Part shown: one piece after another, positions 13,205-26,344 of the stretch
Position numbering within the stretch: position 1 is the stretch's first letter
How the letters are laid out: the number at the start of each line of letters is the position of its first letter
DNA from: Epiperipatus broadwayi
Taxonomy: Eukaryota > Animalia > Onychophora
Assembly: GCA_028023455.1 (NCBI GenBank)
Contig: JAQFVV010000007.1
Location: forward strand, 7,316,001-7,380,000
Length of the DNA: 64,000 nucleotides
Reading direction: 5' to 3'
The notes under the pieces: model-generated
The model's database searches: none
The model's input: the letters and a program-made list of their open reading frames with translations, nothing else
Told to the model about the DNA's origin: nothing
Made by a program: the position numbers and the translations under genes

Positions 13205-13320
13205 TACTCTCAAAGCAAAGCAAAAGATAGAAACTTTGAAAAGATAATAATGCTCATCTAATCTTTGTACTTTAATTTGCTTACATAGGCCAATCTAAAC
13301 TGTCTTGAAATGAGAGTACG
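13205..13320 (-). repeat. Second diverged copy of 12523-12631 (probable Penelope RT fragment)
   Basis: Shares tactctcaaagca...actttNaaaagata...atctttgtactt...gccaatctaaactgtcttgaaa with 12523-12631. Confidence 0.7.
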
Positions 13321-15389
13321 AAACATCCTAAGTCATAAATTGTATTTACTATTAATATTATTTTCACATACAAATTATAAATTTGTACATAGTTAATTTA
13401 TATCTTTATAAATTAGATCAATATACATATGGTATAATACAAGTGTATTTTATATACAAAAAAAATAAGTATTTTCATATACATTTTAAAATTTTGTACT
13501 TATTTAATCCATATCTTTCTATTGAACGAATATAGATATAGTACAACAGAATATTAATTACACACATTGATTAAGTGTATATTCTATCAAAATATAAGTA
13601 TAAATATCGATTTTATTATCTCATGCTATTGTTGAAATGTTATTAACATTATTTATTTGGGATTTTAATTCATATTATTCATTTTCTAAAACCAACCTAC
13701 ACTAAGAAAATGTACATACGTTATTCATATATTAAAATGTCAACAAAGGCAGTCTAATTGTTTTTGACTTCTATTAATATATATTCAGTTGTGTTGGAAT
13801 TAAGTTATCTGCTCTAAGATAAGAATATATAAGCAATGGAATACTATGATTGAGCCATAAAGTTTAATAAAATAATTTAAAGACTTTTAGATTGGGAGGT
13901 CATAGGAAATCTGAGTTCTGGGTGTGATATATGGTTATAATTCATGGACATTGAAATCTAGAGTCTGTCACTCTAGCCACACAGGCCAAATAAATGAATG
14001 TAGCCCATTGTTCAGGAGTCCAGATTTAATCTCTGAAAGTGACCAAATTGGTCATGGTCCATAGATCATGAGCTCTAGAGTGGACCATTCAATCAATGGA
14101 CAAAATTGTAAGGACAGATCATAATATTTTGATCATCATCAATAGCATTGCACTACAACTTTTTCCTCCTTTAACATGAATTAATTATCACACATTGAAA
14201 ACAAAGTTTCAGGGCAAAAACAGTTTTAAAATAACAAAAAACTTTCTTTTTATGAACTTCAAAGTTGATTGAGTGAAGTAAAATGAACATGAAATTAGAT
14301 TAGCCAGTTCTCTAATGGAAAATAAGGTGATTATTAGTGCATTAATTTAAGAAAATTTGTACCTTTAAGCTTTTAAAAAATAAGATCTTACAATTATTAA
14401 AATCCTATAATTGAGTAATAAATTACACATTACAACTCTATCACAATTGAAATACATTTTATTCTATTATATAATGACTCTATTGTATTGCGTGGTTTAC
14501 ACCGACATTATTTTAAAAGTATAGAAGAGTTGGCTTAGAAGATTAAGTGATATACAAGTATACATTGATTCAAAATGTTTTAGTTACTTTTTACAAATTA
14601 GTTTAAAAAAACTTCATATTAAAAAAAAATCATAGTAATAATAATATGCTACAATTATACATTGGATATTTAAATACAAATATCACATGTACTCCACTCA
14701 CAATTTTGACATGATCCAATTTAGACAAATAACATTAATGATTATCACTCTCTCCTATTGATTTATTGACTACCAGTGGAATAATCAGTACAACAACTAA
14801 GTTTCTGCTGTATATATCACATACATAATATAAATTCACTATTAAAAAAAATAGAATTTTAACAATTTGATTGAAAGTCTGTTCTGACACTGGAGTAAAC
14901 AAAAGTCCACAGTTTAAAATTCAGCACTATACTTTCAAAAAATAGAAGGTTAAGCTATAATTTCTTATTGCATTTATTTTTATCTGTATTTTTATTACAT
15001 TCTTTCCTCTAGATTTTTTATTTTATCTTTAAAGCATCGCTAATTTAATTTACAATTATATGTATATATAATATTTTAAAAATAGTAAAGCAAATGTCAA
15101 GGTCATAAAACAAAACTTTTAGAATAAATATACAAAACTAAAAAATGCTGAATTTTATTTTTCTTCTAAGAATTATTACATTTGCAAAATGATGCACAGG
15201 TTATGGATGTGTGATGTATATATAATAAAGAAGAGAAATGTTGAAATAACATTTATGTAAATAGAAATAATCATTAACATTCAATGTAAAAACTGACAAT
15301 CCCTGAATCTATGCAGGTTTTCTAATTAAGAGCTCTATTATTGAAATTTCCACCCAAAAAAAAAATGCATTAGCCAATGTATATATTTA

Positions 15390-16330
15390 CAGTGTGGCCC
15401 AACAAAAATTGAATCTTCAAGCTGCCTCAAGTGCCATCTATGAATTACTGCATGTGTTAAGAGTAGCAAGATAGATTATCTACTTACCATAATGTTAAGG
15501 TGTTAGTAAGTCTGGATCACAAATTATGTGTGTTTTGTAACTTAAATTATAATGGAATAACAAGCTATCATTAAATTTTATTTTATATTGGACAAAACTG
15601 CTACTGAAATGTTAGAAAAGATTTATACTGTGTACAATAATGATGCAAGGGCCCTAAGAATGTTTTCAAGTAATTTTACAAAAGATCATGGATGGCAAGG
15701 AGTGGAACAAAGATGAAGGTATAATACATGATCTTTTATTTCATATCATAATTCATGATACAGATATGCTAGTGCTTTAAAAATTTTGTGGTAACTGATG
15801 CTGTTGCATAGCATGAGTTGATTCAGACAACATGCAGAAAGCAGCTTAAAGAGAGAACTAATCATCTTTTTATTGGAACATACCATGTGAATATCTAGTC
15901 TTTAAAAAGTGGTTTGAATTCCTTATCATATATAAGATTTAACATCTAGCAGAAAAATGTCTATTCTTGGGGTATAAGTCATTTGGGCATTAACATTTAT
16001 GAGATTTTTACATGCTTTTAACCATCATGCAAGTTTTACTGCATATATATGTATAAACATCTTAAATGACATTAAAATTTGATGCTATATTTTTAAGGTT
16101 TGGTGAGTTTGAACAAATCATTAAGGGCCTTCAAGAAATGGCAAAATACATCTAACAACAATACAACATTACTTATACTGCTCAGTTGCCTACTTACTAC
16201 AATCTGCTTTCAGAAAGGACCCTTCACATGCACAAGTTCATATACAAAAAAAGAATTCGACTGAATGATGATGTTATTCTCAATCATGACAATTATGCTT
16301 TGTTTAAGAACATATTTTAAAACTGTTCTC
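15390..16330 (+). mobile_element. Decayed mariner-like (DD34D-type) DNA transposon, right end missing
   Basis: TA|CAGTGTGGCCCAACAAAAATTG is a TIR-like start. From ATG 15552 it reads ME*QAIIKFYFILDKTATEMLEKIYTVYNNDA (mariner N-terminal HTH). Later KKRIRLNDDVILNHDN (about 16250-16293) matches the GVILLHDNARPH motif. Confidence 0.7.
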
Positions 16331-16867
16331 AAGTGCTCAAAATGTTCCTACATTAATCATTATGAGAAGCAACTACTTGTAAATAAATAGGGTTAAGTAA
16401 ATTCCAAATATAAAATAAGAGCATCAAAAGGAAATTTTGAATATGAGTTTTATGATGATCATTCAAACCCAGCCAAATCACAAGTAAGGTTGCATACACT
16501 ATGTACTGTTCCATTTCTCTCTGATATTTTGTTCTGCAATGCTGTTTTTTGATTCTAAATATTTTCAAATTTTAAACAGATCAGATTCAAACCCAGGTCT
16601 TAGGGAGTGGGTATGAAAGCTACTATGTGATTTGTGTAAAGATGTTAACAAACTCTCACATCTTTACAAATCAACCATATAAATCTTTCTTAATGATGTA
16701 AACTATTTGACAATGGTAGACACTAGGCCCCCCAAAGAATTAGCTGTTCTTAAAACCGGCTTTTTGGTTCATAATTCATCTAAGTATGTACGATAATGTA
16801 AAACTAAATGTTTACTAGAATTTAAATAATGTGTATTTATTAAAACAAGAGCAACTCTTGAATCTTA

Positions 16868-17089
16868 TGCCATCTAGTGTAGGTCTGAGTAACTAATGCT
16901 CATCAGAAGCATATAAAACTATGGTATCCCCATCCTCATTATTTTCTAAATTTTGCCCTTATCAATGAAGCTTCAAGTTCAAAGAGAGGAGCAATGCAAA
17001 TGCCAGACTGAAGATAGGGATTTAGATTTTACAAATAGGTATTTTATGTACACTTGATAATCTATTTCTCAGCTATACACTAGATGGCA
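16868..17089. repeat. Short element bounded by 14-bp perfect inverted repeats
   Basis: tgccatctagtgta (16868-16881) pairs with tacactagatggca (17076-17089), extending imperfectly inward (ctgag/ctcag). Confidence 0.55.
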
Positions 17090-17309
17090 CTAGATAGGTG
17101 ATGCATTATCATATTATTTAAGTGAATTTTAGGTTATTATGAACAAATTGTTATATTTAAAAACTTACATTAAAAAGTTCCTTCAAAATAAATTAAAAAC
17201 TGGTGGTGCTACTTTTATTGAATTAATCCTAGGTTATGATTCTGATTTAAAAAATGATCTCTTCTGAAAGATTCTAAAATTCAAAAATGCAGAAAAGTTA
17301 TTAATTTAC

Positions 17310-17900
17310 TTTACAGAATGCTTGAAAGTAGAAAAATTTATATGACACCAAATAGTAACCATAATGGACATAAAATTTCATAAAATTGTCTATCAAATGA
17401 ATCAGTTCTTGCATTTACTTTATTTAATATATCTCTGAGTGATCTTCCAAAATTGAATCAAGAAAATTTATATATGCTGATGATATTAATTTGACTTCTC
17501 AAAAGAGATCTTTTCCTGAAATAGAAAAGTCTTACAATAAAGCTATTGTAAGATTACAAATCTTTCTTAAAGACTGAGGTCTTCTTCCTAACCTAATAAC
17601 AATCAGTATGCAATAATTCTTATTATTGAAATACAATCCCATTTCACACTATTAGGAGTAATCTTAGATTATAATCTTACTTATTTTCTCATAACCTCTT
17701 TGAAATGATTGGAAGGTTGTGATGCATATATTTTACAGGTAGCTTCCTTAGCATATTTTATTGGTGAGGACTATGATCCAGTTTGGAGAAAAATTTCTCA
17801 CCCTATACTTCTGGATATTAAAGAGTTCTGACTTACTAATAATTCAAGACATATCAGAAATGATTTTTATTCAACGATGGCAAACATATAAAAAGTCACT
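17310..17900 (+). mobile_element. Decayed Vingi/Ingi-like LINE RT fragment
   Basis: MLESRKIYM...ESVLAFTLFNISLSDLPK, KFIYADDINL (YADD 17473-17484), LGVILDYNLT and GCDAYILQVASLAYFIGEDYDPVWRKISH resemble Vingi/Ingi RT motifs. Confidence 0.6.
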
Positions 17901-20900
17901 CATCATTAAAAGGTATTAAAATTCAAAAGAAAAAATAAATAATCAAACATCTATACCTTTATATTAAAAAAAACATAAGACTAAAAATTACTACTTGAAA
18001 TAGTCGAAATTTGGATTAGTCAAAGGTGAGATAATTTTCAGTAACCTGGCAATATAAAAAAAGGTACATAATAAAGTCTATTATTTATATAGTGCAGACT
18101 GCATATGTAAGTAAAGCTAGTTTTATATGAGTGCAACATATATAGCATTTATTTGTTTCCTAATGCCAGTCATACTTTTTAACCTTATGTATATAATAAT
18201 TAATAAATAAGTAAACATTCTTAAAGTGAATGGCCTTTTTGATATAACTTCTATTTTATAATTGTTTAAACTCTATAACAAGATAGAACATAGAGTTGAA
18301 AGGTTTCTTCACTTTGTTTTTAAAATTCAAAATGAGTTAAGAAAAATAAAAGGAAAAACACAATATAAATATAAAACAATAATTGAATGGATCTAATACT
18401 AGGAAGTCCATAAAAAGTTTAAATCCCCAAAGTGCTGCAGTTAAGTCATGATCTTTAAACTTTATCTGTGATTCTATTACTCAAAGATTGTTCAAATACA
18501 TTTTACAGCAATATATTATGTCATATATATCTAAACACACATTTTAAAAGAAAGTAAAAAAATATATAATTCATATTTTGGTAATGTCAAGAAATAAGAT
18601 TATATTTGCTTACTTTTACCTTTGTATTGAATATATTCTTCATGAAATGTATTTACATAATATAACTCAAAAAAAAAAAGACTCAAATTGTTTTATATTT
18701 TTTAAGTGTATATTTTTTTTAGCAAACTTTCTCATTTAATTAAAAAAATGTATAAATAACTTCATACTGGGAAATTTTCAAATAAACTAATTAGTGTGTT
18801 TGAAAATAAAAGAACTATGTAAAAAAACCATTTGTAGTAAAACAATGTTTGTTTTCCAATGCTTTTCAGAAAAACTTCTAGAAGATAGAATAAGTAAAAT
18901 TATTTCAATTAATATCAGAGTGTTCAGTTTATATAAGAGAATTTCCAGTTGAGATTAAGTTAAAGTGAGAAAACAGTTGAGTTAAGTGGTCACACATTCT
19001 GACTATATAATTAAACCAAAGCTATGCAAAACTATCAGAAATTGAGATTTCAATTAGCTACCCATGTCTGACAAGATAGTTATCCTAATGTAGAAAAAAA
19101 ATAAAACTTCATTAAACAATGACATGGACAAAAGAATTATTGAATGCAAGCTGGAAAAAAACTTGAGATACATTAAAATTAAATGCCTAATATCATGGCA
19201 TAAAAATGAATCAATATCTCTAGGAATTAAAAAAAAAATCTATTCAGATACTATGCTAATATATAATTCATAGCTATTACCATAAGTTCATTTAAATTTG
19301 TGATTATAATATTTAAATAAAGGAATATTTAATAACTAATAATTATATCATAAGTTTAAGAATTTCTGATTATGTATCTTTGGTTGTTGAGTATATAAGT
19401 GAAAATAATGTATATAAGTGCTCAAACAAATTCAATAATACATTTTAAGAGAAAATTATTCAATTAAGTGCACTTAAATTGTAACCTAATATATATAAAA
19501 AACAAAAGAGTACTCAAAACAGAAACATTTTTTAAAAAAAATTGTTTTCAATTAAAATTAAATAAAAAAAAAAGAGTAAAAGTGAAAAATAAAATTATTG
19601 TAAACTAAAGAATTCTGTATAAAAATGATCTTGGGATCAAAACTCTGTCAGAATTATTTGTTTAATGTAAAATATATATTATTGCTTGTACCTTTGTCTA
19701 AATAATAACATTATAAATTATTATTAATTAACCTTTGACCAGTTTTCATCATAATGGGAATTCACTGTTGTGGATTTATTTCTTAATGAATTAAAAGTTA
19801 TTTTTGATCAATTTTTTTTAGCTTTATTTGAAAGGTTATCAAAAACAAAATCTAAAATTTAAAAACAATAGCTAATAAACAGAAACCAATAGAGAAAAGG
19901 CAGAGTTTCAAAGAAAAAGAATGTTTTGGCAGTAGCTAATTTAAGATGATAGCACATAACTATGGTGACTGATTTCCCTAAAATCAATTATTGTATTAAA
20001 ATAAAATCTTAATATAAACACTAATTATTTAGAGAAGCAATACATAATAGTTTCAAAAAAAGTATTAAAAAAATTAGAGAGAGTTATGTATAAATTCATT
20101 TATACTTGATTAAAAAAATGAATTCCATTTTAAAACTTAATTTTTCAAAGAAAAATAGTGCCATCTGTGGACTAAAGGTAGAACAAAAATCTGAAACTTA
20201 ATTGTAACATTTTTTTCTAATTATTTTGTATTAGAAACACATCAGTGTCATTTAGTTATATGCAATGCCATGAAAAATTCTAGGACAGTCAATATCTATC
20301 ATTGTGTGTATTTATCATTTTTTATGGATCTTTGTTGATTGATTTATGAAACTAGAATTATTATATTATTTGAGTGATTTGTTATATTGAATTAGATCTG
20401 GATATATGTATTATACAAAATATTTAAAAAGTTTGAGAGATAATAAGTCAGTTCTAGATTAATCAAAACAAAACAGTTATTCTAAATGACAGAAAATATC
20501 ATTTAAGTCATGTTTGACTGATAATTGCACACACCTTTCAGGTAAAACAAGCATATATCATACATATATTAATCAAAATTATCCCAATTTTAACACTAAA
20601 CCAGACTGACTAAAACAAATAAACTTCAAACACAATCATTGGTTAATATGTATATATTGTTCACTCATGGAAATCAAGTTAACTTGTTCAGATCCAACTT
20701 TCTCTCTATTTCAAAGACTCTTATGATATTATTTATATTTGGAATATTTTATTTTTACAATCAAGCTTTTTTTTCTATACCATATACTGATAATCTTTAC
20801 ATTATTTATTACAAATGTAAGCATGATATTCTACATATGTGAACTTTACCAAATAAAAAAGTACTAAACTGAGTTATAATAAATTACAGCAATAATATTT

Positions 20901-21429
20901 TTCATTATTGGATATATTTGTGTCTTTTTATAAATATTACAGAAAAAAGTAATCTTTACTTAAATACTATTTTAAAAAATTGAAATGTATTTTAGTTAGA
21001 TATTGTAAAAAAATAACACAATGTCTTAAAATTCAAAATTCAATATATTATTATTAAAATTTTTTTTAAAATTTCTTAACTTGTACTTATGAAAGACATT
21101 CTTATTAGCGACCAAAAAACAGCTTTCATTTTACCATAACTATGTTTTTATAAAATGTCTTCCTGAAAACAAATACGTTCTGATAAAATCTAATTGTAAT
21201 CATAAAATTTGTAGTTTTAAAATAAATATTTTACAAATATATTTCATAAATATGTTTAAATAAATTGTTTAAATATGTAAATAAATTACTAAAAATTACA
21301 ATTTTTTTTTAAATATTAATACAAAATACACACTCAAATTTCCCTTCAAGTCAAACAATCAACCAATCAGAAATGTCAGCTTTTTTAGAATTGAAGTAAA
21401 ACATTTTCAGTTTCTTTTATAATATATAA

Positions 21430-21795
21430 GGGATTCAAACTCAGACTTTCACACAACCCTCAGCTCTCCATGCCATCTCATATTGCTGACCCACCTTATC
21501 ATACACATGTTGAAAAGATAAATAATCACTAATATATGTATTTCATGCTAAACCAGCAATCATCAGTTGGTCCAGATTACTATCTCCACACATATATAAA
21601 GTCAGTGCTCAGCTTTATATTAAGATAGCCAATCTTCATACTTTAATGGACAGGCTTCAAACTACTCCAACCCACAACTCTTCAGTCATCCATTTCATTG
21701 AAAATCTGATAATGGAACATTCAAAGCTCTCATTAGTGCCAAGGTTGTCATCCTACCCATGTTGACCATTTAGTCATTCTGACCCCTCACGTACT
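21430..21795 (-). ncRNA. Hammerhead-bearing repeat, copy 4 (core 21528-21571)
   Basis: Minus strand reads taatc tgg ACCAA CTGATGA tTGCT ggttt AGCAt GAAA tacata TA TTAGT gatta. It is one of the longest copies. Confidence 0.8.
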
Positions 21796-23854
21796 GGAGA
21801 ATAATCCATTTATATACATATGCTTTTCGAATAAAATTAAGTTTCAAATTTCCATAATTGTATATGGTGCTGAAATCTTCAGATTTTTTTGAACTATTAA
21901 TTTTAATTAACAGTTTCTAGGCATAAAAACTGTCTATGGTAAAGTTATTCTGTGAAATAGTGAAGAAAACCTGACAGAAATAATGGCACAATAACCACTT
22001 CCCACTCATCTCAAAACAAATGATTTTGTAACTAATAAATATAAACATATTAAGTAGTTAATTAATTCTCCTCTTTACTGATGATTCTTTAAACAGTTAA
22101 AAACATTAATAACAGCAATACAATGCAAAAACTAAAAAGGAAATTGGTGATTATCTTTATATTAATTAAAAAAAGATAAATATTGTATATTATGTGTTGA
22201 ATGATACAGTTAACAACGTTTCCTGATGCAATTTATAGCACATTCATTTATCATCCCAAAAACTTAGGATTCAAATTGGAGTGGATCTATTAAGAGAACT
22301 TATTTTTTAAGCTAACTAAACTATGGGCTAGCCATCTATTTACTAGACAATACATGAGTATCTAATTGATTTAAACTAAATGGGAATATGACAAAATCCA
22401 TTTAATTTCCTTTTGATAAAATTCATGAGGTGGTCACTAGAAAACAGATTGTTAATTAACAAAATATTCATCAGGTTTCATTGCTTAATTGTAGTCATAT
22501 TGTCTCACTTTGCTGCCTGTGGATAAAAAAGATACATGTATATGTGTACAATAAGATATATTATATAATCATTCAAATTTTCAATGAACAAAATTCATAA
22601 TAATTGAATGGTTTTATTGTTCAGGAATTTATAAGATGCTTGAGCATTAGAAGTAACAGGAGTGGGCCTATTTTCAAGGATTTTTAAGTTCCATAGTCTA
22701 CCTCCCTATCATTTCACAAACAGAATAGGTCAAAATAATACAATAGTTTGTTGCTTAGTAGTTCAGAAGTTCAGGCAGTGGATGTTATTGAAGTAGGCTT
22801 GATTTCTATACCACTATACATGTATCCAGGCAAAATATCAAATGATTTATTCCTTGGGAGTTTATAGAAAGTTCAAGTGGTAAAAAAAATAAAGATGGGC
22901 TGTGATTTATGGACCTTTAGATATCCATCTGTAACTCTATCTTTGGCAAATCAAGCAGGACAAAATATTCACATGGTTTATTGGTTGGAAGTTCATAAGC
23001 AATTCAAAGAATAACTGTGGCAATGCTGAGCTATATACTTTGAACTCCACAAACCACCACTATATTATTGCTATTGATTAGGAGTTCTTACAAAGTTCAA
23101 GCCCAAAAGCGATAGCGCTAGACCATGATCCAAAAACTAATCCCCAGAAACCGCCAAACTAAAGTGAAAAACAAAAGAAAACCTAGTTTAAAGAGCTGAC
23201 TATTAATTAGACACCACCATTTTATTATAGTGCAATCTAATTCATCAAACTATTAATGCAAATATTGTGAATTTTTATAAATTACTTTGTAAAATAATTT
23301 AATTTCTGCAATACCACTAATATGTAAAATCTAATGAGAATTTTGAAAATCCGAGAAACATTTTGTTTTTCTGCTTTTTAATAACCTGTCATAATCAAAT
23401 TATCTTCCCTGACAATTAATGACAAAACTTATGAGTGATTTGTGATGTAATCTGCATACAAACTTTCTTACATACGACGTTTACATTAAAAGCTTAGTAA
23501 AGCTCATTTATTAAAAGAACATTCAAGTAATGGATTCTAATGTAAATATAAATAAAATTTGTTTGATGAGGTTCACTTATTTTTAATTTGAAATCACTTT
23601 CTAGATGTGTCAAGTTCTTTTGCTTATTAGACTTTCTACAATTTTATTACTTTTAACTTATTAAAGATTTATATCTGTAATTAGTGTCTTCTCTTATGCA
23701 GATTAGAAAAGACTAAATGATCTTTTTGTCATTAGCCATTACGACTTTAAATAATATGATTAAACTGATTAATTAGAGAGAGAGAAAATGTTGATAGCAA
23801 TAACCTTTCTTTTATTTTATAAAATGTTAGAATAAATATATATATATATGAACA

Positions 23855-24445
23855 AGCAGATGGCAACTTATAGCCATTTCAACAAATCAGCCAATGTTGA
23901 TCAGTAAATGGATCTTTAGACATTTTCTGGTTGAGGGTAAACAATAATGAGTTACTATCTAAACCTTCATCATCTAGATGCCACCCTATAGCTAATCTGA
24001 TTACCAAGTTAATATTGATTAATAAATGGGTATCTGGGTGTTATTTTGAAAATGAGACAAGAATTGGGTATTGTCTAAAACTTCAACATTCTATTAATAT
24101 AGGATATTGATTGGAAATGGATATCCAGATATTTTCTGCTTGAGAATAAAACAAGCATGGCGTATTTCCCAATCTTTCAGTATGTAGATGAGAGTATACA
24201 GTATCAAGCTCACCACCCAATATTGATCAGTATTTAGATAATTTTTTTGTTTGACAATAAATCAAGGATGAGTTCTATCTTAACCTTCAACACTTAGGTA
24301 GCACTTTGAGCCAATCCACAAAATATTCAGTATTGACCAGTAAATGAGTATCTAGATATTGTGTTGAAGAATAAAATAAAAATGGGTACTGACTAAACTT
24401 TTAACATCCTGATGGCAATTTATTGTCACTATATCTCACCATCTA
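23855..24445. repeat. Degenerate minisatellite, about 5-6 units of roughly 95-120 bp
   Basis: A recurrent motif of the form aatattgatcagtaaatgg.tatctagatattt...ttgagaataaaacaag.atgagt.ctatctaaaccttcaaca..tagatggca repeats through the region. Confidence 0.7.
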
Positions 24446-25973
24446 GTATTTTTTTAATAAGAAAATAAAACAAAAATTGTGAAATCTCCATCCGGAAGTA
24501 TATTCTTTAAAATTTCTCTAGAAAAAGCTGTTGAAATGATCATTGTGCCATAGTGGCTGTTTTATTTATCGTTATTTTTAAATACATATATTACATTCAC
24601 AACATATTTATGAACAGGAGTAATGTTATATAAATAAATTGAAAATCTCATTGGGCTTTATTTTCCATAAAATAAAGATTATACATACGTATAAGCTATT
24701 ACATATGTTAACATGATTTCATCACAATCATAAGCTATGTTGAAATCATTATAAACAATCATTTGAGTTATTTCTATTAATATTTGTAATGTTAATTTAT
24801 ATATGCATAATAGACATGTAAAAAAAGCATCAGTGTTATATATATATATGTGTGTGTGTGTGTGCAGCCATGTTAAAAATAATATACATCTACAGAACAG
24901 TACTGCAAACAATATGTATTATATTGCAAACAAAGCAAATAAAGTAAGCATGAAATATTATCCAATATATACCAAAGACTTTGGAACCAAAAATATAGTG
25001 ATTATCATGACTCCGTTATATCTCATTATATAGTTTTCTAGATTCAACAGATTTCAGAAACACTATCAATCTCTAATGAAGCAAAAGTGTAAAAATATAG
25101 CAGGAGTCTTCATGAGTAGATTTAGATATCATTAAATGAAAGCAGTCAGATTTGATAAACATTGATCACTGATAAATTGACATATTGTTGCCTTAGGAAA
25201 AGATAAAAGAAAAATACAAAAATGTTTTTGAAGCTGACAATTTTGAGACACAGTTCAATAATCAAACATACGAAACATGAAAGTATACTAGATTAATAAC
25301 ATATCATCTGCATGCTAGAATTCTAAAACTATAAGAGATATGTTAGAGATTGAAAGAGAATAGGGAGAATAAACATATAAATACATGAAATTTTAGAGAA
25401 AAACAGAAATAATCTGAATGTTTTCAGTAATGATTTCAAAAGTTTAGATTCTATACTTAAAACAACATAGGATATTTGAGTACAGAAATTTTCAGTATGT
25501 CTTCATTATTAAACTAGTTGATAGTAGATTAATAACTGCTTGTCCTGTTATAGTGCCAATACTTATATTTTACGTGATTAGTCTATATGATAATGAAAGT
25601 TCAAATCATTGGTAAGACAATAAAATATATAGTTTAGATCAATTTTTCAATATATTTATATTTCTCATGCATGCACTCACACACACTCTAAACACATACA
25701 CACATAAATCTATGCATAAATGTTTTCATCTATTTATATAGCAAAGATTATATATATTTATGCAAGCAATAAAAACATCAACGATTAAAATAAATGAAAA
25801 AAAGAAGTTAAAAAAGCCCTACATTTTAATTTATTTTATTAAGACTCTACAGATTTAAAAATAATAATAGCAAAGAATGATTATTTCTAATATTTTATTA
25901 TTTTAAATAATGAAACAAGTTAGGAGAGTGGCAGGTTCATTAAAACCTAAATTATTATTAATGGTACACCAAA

Positions 25974-26344
25974 ATGGAACTGGATTCTGGATCCACAGTT
26001 ATCCCCGTGTTGAAAGATACATGGGCCATGAAATTAACTCACTGAATGTCAATACCAGTAAAAGAAGCTAGAGACTGACTCACATGTTTAAGTTAACACC
26101 AACTTCAATGGAACTGGATTCTGGATCCACAGTTATCCCTGAGTATTTTTTTTAAGTGCCATAGCATCGGCCAGGACGCGAAACCGCAACCCAGGCAACT
26201 GCCTGAAAGTGCAAGGCAGTCATGCTGACCTCTCATCACCAATGCAAGACAGTTATCCCTGTGTTGAAAAATACATGGGCCATGAAATCAACTCACTGAA
26301 TGTCAATACCAGTAAAAGAAACTACAGATCGACTCACATGTTTA
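25974..26344. repeat. Tandem duplication of a unit of about 133 bp, second unit interrupted by a SINE
   Basis: aatggaactggattctggatccacagttatccc...gactcacatgtttaa occurs at about 25974-26093 and again from 26107 to 26344 with an insertion at 26142-26248. Confidence 0.85.
26142..26251 (-). mobile_element. tRNA-derived SINE with 13-bp target-site duplication
   Basis: Minus strand reads tgtcttgcattggtgatgagagg...gcggtttcgcgtcctggccgatgctatggcac plus an A-tail. TSD acagttatccctg lies at 26129-26141 and 26249-26261. Homologous to 28913-29000 and 43083-43193. Confidence 0.8.

Noticed and set aside
23855-24445. CRISPR-like repeat/spacer look of the minisatellite
   Set aside because: Eukaryotic context, long and highly diverged repeats, and no cas genes.
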